Origin: a virus
Lineage: Duplodnaviria > Caudoviricetes
IMG/VR virus record: IMGVR_UViG_3300020403_000012
Location: 1 to 56,466 of that record
Reading direction: 5' to 3' (one strand)
DNA length: 56,466 nucleotides
A program made the position numbers and the translations under genes. Of the stretch, positions 48,136 to 56,466 are shown piece by piece. Position 1 is the first letter of the stretch. Every line of letters begins with the position of its first letter. The notes below the pieces were generated by a model. It was not told where the DNA came from. It made no database searches and saw only the letters and a program-made list of their open reading frames with translations.

Positions 48136-50238
48136 TTGGCAGAATTTGAACTACCAGGTAACGCCGTCAAATTATTTGGCGCAGAATTAAAAGGCGCAAC
48201 AAATAGCGTAGTTGGACTCGCTGGTAACTTGTTATCAGGAAGTATGAAGCTGTCTGACTATAGTAAAGCTCTTGATACAAATACAAAAATATTAGGTAAA
48301 CTTGGTAAAGTTGTAAATGCATTAACAATGTTTGCTGAAGAAAGTTTAGCAGAATATCAAAGTTTAACAGGTATTGGTGCCAGCTTTGGCAAAGAAATGA
48401 CCAATATTAAAATAGCCGCAGCCGAACTGGGTATGACGGTAGAAGAAATGACTACATTGTTCAAAGATAATGCAGAAGGATTAAGTGCTTTTGGTGGGTC
48501 AACTGACCAAGCAATTAGTGCATTTAGGCAATTTAGTAGCGGAGTTTTATCAAGCGATGCAGGCACTAATTTACGTAGATTAGGTTATACGGTAAATGAA
48601 ATAAATGAAAATTTATTAACATATGCTGAAATTGCTGAACAAGATAATCAGTTAGAGCGTAGTGTTGGTAGAGATAGAAATGCAAGTGCATTAGAATTTG
48701 CAAAAGAATTAGATGCATTAAGCAAATTAACAGGAAAACAAAGAGAAGATCTTGCTAATCAAATGAAAGAAGCAAGACGTCAAGGCGATGTGCAAGCGTT
48801 CTTAACTGGACAAAGTGCAGAAGCAAGCGAAGCATTATCAAAAGGATTAACAGAAATTTCAAGCACAATGGGTCCGCAGTATGCAGAACTGTTCAAAGAC
48901 CTGTTAATACGAGGTGCACCTACTACTGATCAGACTAGAGCAGCATTTGTTGCATTAGGTGATAGTGCAGACGAATTCCAAGCACAAGTAGATGCATTTA
49001 AGAGCGGAATGGCATCGTCTGACTTTAGTGCATTTGATAATGAAATGGCAAATACTCAAGCAGCATTTACTCGTTATTTAAACACTGAAGAAGCTAGATC
49101 AATTGGTATGTTAGGAGGCTTGACTGAAGTTAGCCAAGCACAAGGTCAACTACGTGAAGATTCATATACATTTGCTAACAGATTAAATGCAGCAGGTGCC
49201 GCTGCCGAAGATACACTTGTAAAATTACAAAGAATTACTGCTGAAATTGAAAAACAACAAACAATACAAATGCAAGATGCAGGAGATGATGCAAACTTAA
49301 TTGACGAAACAATAAAATTAAATGAAGCTACAAGAGAAATGGTGCTAGCCACACAAAAATCTGCATTGGAAAACTTAGAGGATATGGGTGTAAAAGCCTT
49401 GCAAAAAGTACAAGACGCTCTTCCAACTGCTGGCGAAATTTCAACTCAAATGGGTCAAGCTGTTGATAGATTATTTGAAGCCGCAGAAAAATCGGCAGAA
49501 GTATACCAAAATATGGCCAATGGTGGAATGTCGTTTGAAGATGCAACTGTCAACGCAGATAATGTAGAATTAAATGATATTCAAGATACAGATGTTGCAA
49601 CTGCATCAGCACAACAAGAACTTAGAGAAGATATTGCAAAGGCTGAATCAGAAACTTTTAAAGCACAAGAAGCTGTCAAAGATGCAGAAAAAACTTTATC
49701 TGATTTGCAAAAGACAGCCGCTAGAATGACTCAAGATGGATTTACAAGAATGGATCCACAACTATCTGGTATAAAAGCAGATATTGAAAGAGCAAAAGCA
49801 GACTTACTTAGAGCTCAAGATATAGCAATGAAAAAATACCAAATGGAACAATATAAAAAATCAGGCAGATTTATAGGCGGCCTTGCAGAAGGTGGTATGA
49901 TTAGACGTGGTGAATATGCAGTTACAGGCGAAATGGGTCCTGAACTTATATCTGGTCCAGGAAATGTTTTAAGCACTGAAAATACACGTAACTTAGTTAC
50001 TGCACTTAGGAATTCAGTTGACAATGGCTCCACATCCTCGTATAATAATGAGTCTAGTACGATAAGTAATAATATAACCGAAACAATGGTTAGTATGTTA
50101 GAAGGAAGATTAGATAAACAGAATAGTTTGCTAGAAAATCTGTTGAGAGTTGAAACTTCAGCATCTGAAACAGGCAGAAAACAATTTAAAGCAACTAAAG
50201 GTTTAAGTGGCAATATGCTAAAAGGAATAGGCTCGTGA
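48136..50238 (+). CDS. Tail tape measure protein
   Basis: Ala/Gln-rich helical 700-aa protein with a C-terminal GLAEGG...TGEMGPELI motif. TTG start with an AGGAG RBS. Confidence 0.75.
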   Translation: MAEFELPGNAVKLFGAELKGATNSVVGLAGNLLSGSMKLSDYSKALDTNTKILGKLGKVVNALTMFAEESLAEYQSLTGIGASFGKEMTNIKIAAAELGMTVEEMTTLFKDNAEGLSAFGGSTDQAISAFRQFSSGVLSSDAGTNLRRLGYTVNEINENLLTYAEIAEQDNQLERSVGRDRNASALEFAKELDALSKLTGKQREDLANQMKEARRQGDVQAFLTGQSAEASEALSKGLTEISSTMGPQYAELFKDLLIRGAPTTDQTRAAFVALGDSADEFQAQVDAFKSGMASSDFSAFDNEMANTQAAFTRYLNTEEARSIGMLGGLTEVSQAQGQLREDSYTFANRLNAAGAAAEDTLVKLQRITAEIEKQQTIQMQDAGDDANLIDETIKLNEATREMVLATQKSALENLEDMGVKALQKVQDALPTAGEISTQMGQAVDRLFEAAEKSAEVYQNMANGGMSFEDATVNADNVELNDIQDTDVATASAQQELREDIAKAESETFKAQEAVKDAEKTLSDLQKTAARMTQDGFTRMDPQLSGIKADIERAKADLLRAQDIAMKKYQMEQYKKSGRFIGGLAEGGMIRRGEYAVTGEMGPELISGPGNVLSTENTRNLVTALRNSVDNGSTSSYNNESSTISNNITETMVSMLEGRLDKQNSLLENLLRVETSASETGRKQFKATKGLSGNMLKGIGS

Positions 50239-51980
50239 GTTGGAAAAAATTTTTTACACCGGTACCCACTAATAACAATCCAAGTGGAAGTTATTCACCC
50301 TTTACTATGAAAGGTAATGCTGGTCCAGGTCCTGCCGCGGCTAATTATAGTTCTCATTTGCCAGATGTATATGTTGGTTCTCCAAATCGTATTGAACGTT
50401 ATAATCAATACAATACTATGGATAGTGATAGTGAAGTTAATGCTGCATTAGATATTCTTGCAGAATTTTGTTCACAAAAAGCAAAAGACAACGATACTCA
50501 TTTCAATATAAATTTTAAAAAGTCTGCTAACAATAGCGAAGTCCAAATATTAGGTGAATATTTAAAGCAGTGGTGTAAAATTAATCAATTTGATACACGT
50601 ATGTTTAGAATTATACGTAATGCTTTCAAATATGGTGACCAATTTTTTATTAGGGATCCTGAATCACAAAAATGGTTTCACGTTGATCCTGGGCAAGTTA
50701 CAAAAATTATTGTTAATGAAAGTGAAGGCAAACGTCCTGAGCAATATGTTGTTAAAAATTTAAATTTTGCTTTTGGTGCATTAGAAGCAACACCATTAAA
50801 CACACAAAACAGTTACGGTCCTGGTGGAACTAGTGGATACCAAACTGTAAGTCAGCAACAAATGACTGGTGCCAACACTCCTCCAGCAGGAACCAGTAGA
50901 TGGCAACAAGATCAAGGCGAAACGTTTGTTGACGCAAATCACGTTGTTCATCTTTCTATGAGCGAAGGATTAGACCAAAATTTTCCATTTGGTAATAGTT
51001 TACTTGAAAGTATTTTCAAAGTATACAAGCAAAAAGAATTACTAGAAGATGCTATTATCATTTATCGTGTGCAAAGAGCACCTGAAAGAAGAGTATTTTA
51101 TGTTGATGTGGGGAATATGCCTTCACACCTTGCAATGCAGTTTGTTGAAAGAGTAAAAACCGAGATCCATCAAAGACGAATACCGTCTAAGACAGGCGGG
51201 GGTACAAATGTTATAGACAGTAGTTACAACCCGTTGTCAATCAACGAAGACTACTTCTTTCCGCAAACTGCTGAAGGTAGAGGATCAAAGGTTGAAACAC
51301 TACCAGGCGGTACAAACTTAGGAGAAATTGATGATCTTAGGTATTTTACTAACAAGTTGGTGCGTGGTTTACGTATACCTTCTAGTTATCTACCAACAGG
51401 TGCTGATGACGGCGCATCGCAGTATAATGATGGACGAGTAGGTACTGCATACATTCAAGAACTTCGATTTAACAAATACTGTGAACGTCTACAAGGAATG
51501 CTTGAAGAAGTATTTAATGTAGAATTTAAACTTTATTTAAAAAACAAAGGTGTAAATGTTGATTACGCAATGTTTGACTTGGAATTAACACCACCACAAA
51601 ACTTTGCGGCATATAGACAAGCAGAATTAGATAATAATAGAATAAGCACGTTCAGCACAATACAGGCAGTTCCTTTTATGTCAAACAGATTTGCACTAAG
51701 AAGATTCTTAGGATTGAGCGATGAAGAGATTGCAGAGAACGAACGTCTATGGAAAGAAGAAAATCAAGAAACACTAGACGCAAGTATGGCACAAGCAGGA
51801 GCTGACTTAGGTACACCAGCACTTTCAGGTGCAGGTATCACAGATGACTTAGGTGGACTTGAAGACGATTTAGGAGGAGAAGCAGACGCAGTTGATGCAG
51901 GAGAAGGTACACCACCTGAGACTGCAACAGGTGCTGATTTAGGAGCGGCACCAGCGCCAGCAACTGATCAAACTGTATAA
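50235..51980 (+). CDS. gp20: Portal protein gp20
   Basis: LLEDAIIIYRVQRAPERRVFYVDVGNMP, EDYFFP, GRGSKVETLPGG. Confidence 0.97.
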   Translation: MSWKKFFTPVPTNNNPSGSYSPFTMKGNAGPGPAAANYSSHLPDVYVGSPNRIERYNQYNTMDSDSEVNAALDILAEFCSQKAKDNDTHFNINFKKSANNSEVQILGEYLKQWCKINQFDTRMFRIIRNAFKYGDQFFIRDPESQKWFHVDPGQVTKIIVNESEGKRPEQYVVKNLNFAFGALEATPLNTQNSYGPGGTSGYQTVSQQQMTGANTPPAGTSRWQQDQGETFVDANHVVHLSMSEGLDQNFPFGNSLLESIFKVYKQKELLEDAIIIYRVQRAPERRVFYVDVGNMPSHLAMQFVERVKTEIHQRRIPSKTGGGTNVIDSSYNPLSINEDYFFPQTAEGRGSKVETLPGGTNLGEIDDLRYFTNKLVRGLRIPSSYLPTGADDGASQYNDGRVGTAYIQELRFNKYCERLQGMLEEVFNVEFKLYLKNKGVNVDYAMFDLELTPPQNFAAYRQAELDNNRISTFSTIQAVPFMSNRFALRRFLGLSDEEIAENERLWKEENQETLDASMAQAGADLGTPALSGAGITDDLGGLEDDLGGEADAVDAGEGTPPETATGADLGAAPAPATDQTV

Positions 51981-51983
51981 ATA
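51976..51983 (+). promoter_or_regulatory. Perfect T4 late promoter TATAAATA overlapping the portal stop
   Basis: TATAAATA-ACATT-ATG(51989). Confidence 0.75.
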
Positions 51984-51988
51984 ACATT

Positions 51989-52234
51989 ATGATACTGAGA
52001 GAATTATTTTATTTTGATAAAGACAGCCTAGAACCAATAGAAGACCTTTCATATAGTCCAAAGGACGATAAAAGTGTGATCAAAGTAGATGATAGTAGAA
52101 AAACTAGACTTTCTCTAAAAGATATCAACAAAGCTCGTAAAGCTCAAGATTCTCATCAAAAACAAACAGAATCCGAGCTAGAATTTGTTAAACAAATGTA
52201 CGGATTAGCTGCACAACAAGCTGCCGCTGTTTAA
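51989..52234 (+). CDS. Small head-region protein
   Basis: 81 aa directly after the portal, MILRELF...RKTRLSL...QMYG. Confidence 0.7.
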   Translation: MILRELFYFDKDSLEPIEDLSYSPKDDKSVIKVDDSRKTRLSLKDINKARKAQDSHQKQTESELEFVKQMYGLAAQQAAAV

Positions 52235-52247
52235 CATAGAGTGACAA

Positions 52248-52862
52248 ATGCCAAAGAAAAAGATTGCATTTGTGCTAGGAAATGGCACAAGTAGGAAGAT
52301 AATTAATCCTGTTGACTTGAGACCGTATGGTAAAATATACGGTTGTAATGCTTTGTTTAGAACGTTTGCACCTGATTATCTTGTAGCTGTAGACACAAAA
52401 ATGGTAATAGAAATACAACAAGCAGGTTATCATCATAATCACGAAGTATGGAGCAATCCAAACAAATTAACAAAACAAGATCCAAATATCAACAAATTTA
52501 ATCCTAACAAAGGTTGGAGTAGTGGTCCAACTGCTTTGTTTATGGCTAGTACTCACGACAATCCAGTTATATACATTTTAGGATTTGATTACACAGGTTT
52601 AGGAAAAGAACACGAACTTGTTAATAATTTGTATGCAGGTACAAAAAATTACAAAAATGTCAACGATAGAGCAACATATTACGGAAATTGGCAAAGACAA
52701 ACTTTTAACTGTATAAATCAGTTTAATCGAACTAAATACGTGCGAGTAACTGAAAATGAGGATAGTTATATACCAGATAACTTTATAAATTGTAAAAACT
52801 TAAAACATATTACAATTAACGAATTTATGGAAAATTTTAAGATTTCTCCATATAATTCGTAA
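52248..52862 (+). CDS. Maf/DUF115 (MptE-like, sialyltransferase-like fold) protein
   Basis: AFVLGNGTSR, YGCNALFR, PDYLVAVD, WSSGPTAL, IYILGFD. Confidence 0.6.
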   Translation: MPKKKIAFVLGNGTSRKIINPVDLRPYGKIYGCNALFRTFAPDYLVAVDTKMVIEIQQAGYHHNHEVWSNPNKLTKQDPNINKFNPNKGWSSGPTALFMASTHDNPVIYILGFDYTGLGKEHELVNNLYAGTKNYKNVNDRATYYGNWQRQTFNCINQFNRTKYVRVTENEDSYIPDNFINCKNLKHITINEFMENFKISPYNS

Positions 52863-52915
52863 AATACGCTGTTTTGACCCCATTTTAAGCGTATATTTTC
52901 TAAAAAGTGTAAATA
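52861..52915 (+). promoter_or_regulatory. Imperfect inverted repeat followed by late promoter GTAAATA
   Basis: AAAATACGCT...AGCGTATATTTT, then GTAAATA at 52909-52915 and an AAGGAG RBS before 52955. Confidence 0.5.
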
Positions 52916-52954
52916 TAATAGACAGCCTTGTAAAGATATATAAAGGAGATAACA

Positions 52955-53935
52955 ATGACTGATCGCAACAAGTTTGAAGAAATGCTTGAGCGCCTCGTCA
53001 ATGAAGACAGAGAAGGTGCGGAAGAGCTTTTCCACGAAATCGTGGTAGAAAAATCACGTGAAATTTATGAAAATTTACTAGAAGATGAAGAAGTTGAAGA
53101 AACAACAGACGAAGAAGTAGATGAAGCTACTGATGAAGAAGTTGACGAAGCAACTGAAGATGATCTAGACGAATCTACTGATGAAGAAGTAGATGAAGCA
53201 ACTGATGAAGAAGTTGAAGAAGCAACAGATGAAGAAGTAGATGAAGCAACTGACGAAAAAGTTGAAGAATTTATGGAGCCAACTGTAGAAGCTGATCCAG
53301 TAGACGATATGATGGGTGATATTGAAGATCCAGATATGGGAATGGACGAGCCAGCCGACGACGATATGGGTATGGACGGCGAAGGTGACGAAGACCTTGA
53401 AGATCGTGTAATGGATTTAGAAGATGAGCTAGAAGCACTAAAAGCTGAATTCGAAGATATGATGGCTGATGATGATGGTGAAGAAGCAGGCGACGAAATG
53501 CCAATGGGTGACGAAGAGCCAGGCGACGAAGATCCAGAAGAAGAAGCAATTGCATTTGAAGCAAACGATGAAGAAGTTGAAGAAGCTACAGACGAAGTAG
53601 AAGAATCAACTGCGCCAAAATCAAACACAGAATTGATGAGAGAGTACGTTGACAAAATGTCAGACGAGCCAAAAAAAGGCGATAATGGTGCAAATGCAAA
53701 ATCAGTAGTAGCAGGCGCAAACGATATGGGCGGCACAACAGCTAACATCGCAAAAGGCGGTTCAGCTGATATGGGCGGCACAGGTGCAAGTGCAGCTAAA
53801 GAAGATTCCGCTGGTAACGTAAATGTTCCTGGTGGCAAAGCGGCTAAATCATTAAAGTCGCAACCTGGTCACGGCGCTGAAAAGAAGTCAAAGCCAGAGA
53901 ACGCTGACAATAAAAAATCAACTATTGGAAGCTAA
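52955..53935 (+). CDS. Highly acidic prohead core / scaffold-associated protein
   Basis: Extremely D/E-rich and located between portal and protease, the position of T4 gp67/gp68. Confidence 0.7.
   Translation: MTDRNKFEEMLERLVNEDREGAEELFHEIVVEKSREIYENLLEDEEVEETTDEEVDEATDEEVDEATEDDLDESTDEEVDEATDEEVEEATDEEVDEATDEKVEEFMEPTVEADPVDDMMGDIEDPDMGMDEPADDDMGMDGEGDEDLEDRVMDLEDELEALKAEFEDMMADDDGEEAGDEMPMGDEEPGDEDPEEEAIAFEANDEEVEEATDEVEESTAPKSNTELMREYVDKMSDEPKKGDNGANAKSVVAGANDMGGTTANIAKGGSADMGGTGASAAKEDSAGNVNVPGGKAAKSLKSQPGHGAEKKSKPENADNKKSTIGS
53084..53270 (+). repeat. 24-bp coding tandem repeat (TDEEVDEA, about 7 copies)
   Basis: Repeated GATGAAGAAGTAGATGAAGCAACT-like units. Confidence 0.85.
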
Positions 53936-53946
53936 TAGAGGACTGA

Positions 53947-54567
53947 TTGATGAAAGTACTAAACGAACATTTGAGTTTTGACCAAGCTAAGATTGTTGTT
54001 GAGTCTGCTAACGAAGGCAAAGACCTTTATATGAAAGGTATTTGTATCCAAGGCGGAGTCAAAAACGCCAATCAGCGTGTTTATCCCGTGAATGAGATTA
54101 GCAGGGCTGTCACCACACTCAACGAACAAATTAGTGGCGGCTACTCAGTGTTAGGAGAAGTAGATCATCCTGAAGGACTTAATATTAACCTTGACCGTGT
54201 ATGCCATATGGTTGAAAGTATGTGGATGGACGGACCAAATGGTTACGGCAAATTAAAAATTTTACCAACCCCGATGGGAGGTCTAGTAAAAACAATGCTT
54301 GAAAGCGGAGTTAAACTAGGCGTCTCATCAAGAGGGTCAGGTGAAGTTGATGGCGGAGGTCAAGTTGCCGGATTTGAAATAATTACCGTGGACGTTGTGG
54401 CACAGCCAAGCGCCCCTGGTGCGTATCCTACACCAATTTACGAACATTTGATGAACGAAAAAGGTGGATACAAGGCATTTTTAACTTCGAGAGAAGTCCA
54501 AGGCGATAAACAGGCACAAAAATATTTAAAAGAGAGCTTATTAAACATAATAAGCAGGCTCCAATAA
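53947..54567 (+). CDS. gp21: Prohead protease gp21
   Basis: NANQRVYP, LGEVDHP, GVSSRGSG, DVVAQPSAPGA. Confidence 0.95.
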   Translation: MMKVLNEHLSFDQAKIVVESANEGKDLYMKGICIQGGVKNANQRVYPVNEISRAVTTLNEQISGGYSVLGEVDHPEGLNINLDRVCHMVESMWMDGPNGYGKLKILPTPMGGLVKTMLESGVKLGVSSRGSGEVDGGGQVAGFEIITVDVVAQPSAPGAYPTPIYEHLMNEKGGYKAFLTSREVQGDKQAQKYLKESLLNIISRLQ

Positions 54568-54580
54568 CGAGGAGAAACTA

Positions 54581-55672
54581 ATGTTAGAAGCACTAAAAAA
54601 TCTCTTCGAAAATGATGCACTATCGGAAGAAGTACGTTCAGAGTTAGAAGAAGCGTGGAACGCAAAAATTAAGGAAAATCGCCTTGAAGTCACTGCGGAA
54701 CTACGCGAAGAATTTGCTAAAAAATACGAACACGACAAAACAACAATGGTTGAAGCCATTGACGCTTTAGTCAGCGAAAAATTAGCAGAAGAAATCGCAG
54801 AATTCCAAGATGATCGTAAGCAACTTGCAGAAGCAAAAGCTAAATTTGCAGTTGCACAGCGTAAAAATGCCAATCTAATGAAAACTTTTGTTTCAGAGCA
54901 ATTAGCAGAAGAAATAAAAGAGCTACACGCAGATCAAAAAGCAACTGCTGATAAGTTTGTTGCCTTAGAAGAGTTTGTAGTTGAATCACTTGCAAAAGAG
55001 CTTGCAGAATTTTACGAAGATAAAAAAGACTTGGCTGAAACAAAAGTACGTCTTGTACGTGAAGCTAAGAGTCATCTTAATGATGTTAAAACACAATTCA
55101 TTAAGAAAAGTGCCGCGTTGGTATCAGAAACAGTGTCAAAAGGACTTACAAAAGAAATTTCAGCACTCAAAGAAGATATCGATCAAGCACGACAAAATGA
55201 TTTTGGTCGCAAGTTATTCGAAGCATTTGCAAACGAATACAGTCATTCTTATCTAAATGAGAAGAGTGAAACTTCAAAACTTCTATCAGTTGTAGACACA
55301 AAAGAGAAACAACTTGTAGAAGCTAGAACAGCAGCGGCTAAAGCTATAAAACTTGCGGAAGCAAAGGCAAACGAGGTTAAATCAATCAACGAGTCAATTG
55401 CTCGCAAAGATAAAATTGATGGTCTAGTTGCTCCATTGAGCCACGACCAGAAAGATATTATGATGGACTTACTGGAATCAGTTCAAACAGATCGCTTACA
55501 AGCACAGTTTGACAAATATCTACCGGCAGTTATCGACGGCAAGAGTCCAGCGAAAAAGGCAGTTTTAAAAGAAGGCAAAGAAGTAACAGGCAATAGAACA
55601 GAAAACACTGATATGACAGCTAAAGCAGATAGCAACGTAGTTGATATTAAGCGTTTAGCTGGTTTGAATTAA
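54581..55672 (+). CDS. gp22: Prohead core scaffold protein gp22
   Basis: Coiled-coil E/K/A-rich ORF between the protease and the major capsid gene. Confidence 0.8.
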   Translation: MLEALKNLFENDALSEEVRSELEEAWNAKIKENRLEVTAELREEFAKKYEHDKTTMVEAIDALVSEKLAEEIAEFQDDRKQLAEAKAKFAVAQRKNANLMKTFVSEQLAEEIKELHADQKATADKFVALEEFVVESLAKELAEFYEDKKDLAETKVRLVREAKSHLNDVKTQFIKKSAALVSETVSKGLTKEISALKEDIDQARQNDFGRKLFEAFANEYSHSYLNEKSETSKLLSVVDTKEKQLVEARTAAAKAIKLAEAKANEVKSINESIARKDKIDGLVAPLSHDQKDIMMDLLESVQTDRLQAQFDKYLPAVIDGKSPAKKAVLKEGKEVTGNRTENTDMTAKADSNVVDIKRLAGLN

Positions 55673-55682
55673 GGAGATAACT

Positions 55683-56466
55683 ATGTCAGAACTATTAGAA
55701 AGTCGCTGGCAGGAGACCAAAACAGCACTTCTTGAAGGCCTAAACGGCACAAAGAAAAGCGTAATGGCGTCAACGCTAGAAAATACTCGCAAGTATTTGG
55801 CTGAGACTGCAACAGCTGGTGCTACCTCTGCCGGTAATATCGCAACACTTAATCGTGTTATTCTTCCAGTAATTAGACGTGTAATGCCAACTGTGATCGC
55901 AAACGAGATCGTTGGTGTACAGCCTATGACTGGTCCAGTGGGTCAAATCCACACATTGAGAGTACGCTACTCCGATACAGTAGGCTCAGGCGCAAGCGGA
56001 GCAGTAGCTGGCGAAGAAGCACTTTCACCATTCAAGATCGCTGAAGCATATTCAGGTGCTACAGGCGGAACAGCCGAAGCTACAGCAGCTCTCGAAGGTT
56101 CAGCTGGTAATAAACTAAGCATCCAGATCTTGAAGCAAACTGTTGAAGCTAAATCAAGAAAGCTCTCAGCACGTTGGACATTTGAAGCAGCTCAGGATGC
56201 TCAAAGCCAGCACGGTATCGATGTAGAAGCAGAAATTATGGCTGCATTAGCACAAGAAATTACTGCAGAAATCGATCAAGAGATCTTAGGTTCTCTAAAA
56301 ACACTAGCAGGTACAGGTACAGACACATACAACCAAGCGGCTGTAAGTGGTACTGCTACTTTTGTTGGTGACGAACACGCAGCATTAGCAGTTCTTGTAA
56401 ACAGAGCAGCTAACAGAATTGCACAAAGAACAAGAAGAGGCGCAGGTAACTGGGCTGTTGTTTCTC
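55683..56466 (+). CDS. gp23: Major capsid protein gp23, partial (runs off the window)
   Basis: AAGGAG RBS. MSELLESRW...ILPVIRRVMP...GVQPMTGPVGQI...KSRKLSARWTFEAAQD...EITAEIDQE. Confidence 0.97.
   Translation, partial: MSELLESRWQETKTALLEGLNGTKKSVMASTLENTRKYLAETATAGATSAGNIATLNRVILPVIRRVMPTVIANEIVGVQPMTGPVGQIHTLRVRYSDTVGSGASGAVAGEEALSPFKIAEAYSGATGGTAEATAALEGSAGNKLSIQILKQTVEAKSRKLSARWTFEAAQDAQSQHGIDVEAEIMAALAQEITAEIDQEILGSLKTLAGTGTDTYNQAAVSGTATFVGDEHAALAVLVNRAANRIAQRTRRGAGNWAVVS

Noticed and set aside
53084-53270. CRISPR-like repeat array
   Set aside because: The repeats are contiguous, in-frame and synonymously diverged, with no unique spacers.
53065-53838. 257-aa Ser-rich antisense ORF
   Set aside because: It is the shadow of GAA/GAT codons in the acidic core gene and has no RBS or promoter.
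1-56466. Stop-codon reassignment
   Set aside because: Core genes are full length in the standard code, and TAA, TAG and TGA are all used as stops.

Overview
This is an AT-rich segment of a large T4-like (myovirus-type) phage genome read in the standard genetic code. The minus strand, read from 40.5 kb leftwards, carries a baseplate/tail block: gp48/54-like, gp53-like, hub, gp5-like, gp25, gp6, a 4589-aa structural protein and five fibre-like or structural genes in two paralog families. It then carries a sigma70-driven modification operon with several glycosyltransferase-like genes, a radical SAM enzyme and a GNAT-like gene. The plus strand from 40.6 kb carries gp55, gp47, gp46, a minimal GIY-YIG nuclease, a ~470-nt structured non-coding region and a membrane-type protein. 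After a minus-strand gp26-like gene, it continues with tape measure, portal gp20, a Maf/DUF115-like gene, an acidic core protein, gp21, gp22 and the start of gp23. Most notable: (1) a catalytic-domain-only GIY-YIG nuclease followed directly by a multi-helix putative ncRNA or origin; (2) an unannotated -1 frameshift (T TTT TTC) in the gp26-like gene next to the tape measure gene; (3) a candidate virion-glycosylation system; (4) apparent CATG avoidance; (5) probable leaderless transcripts. All product calls come from motif recognition and synteny, not database searches.
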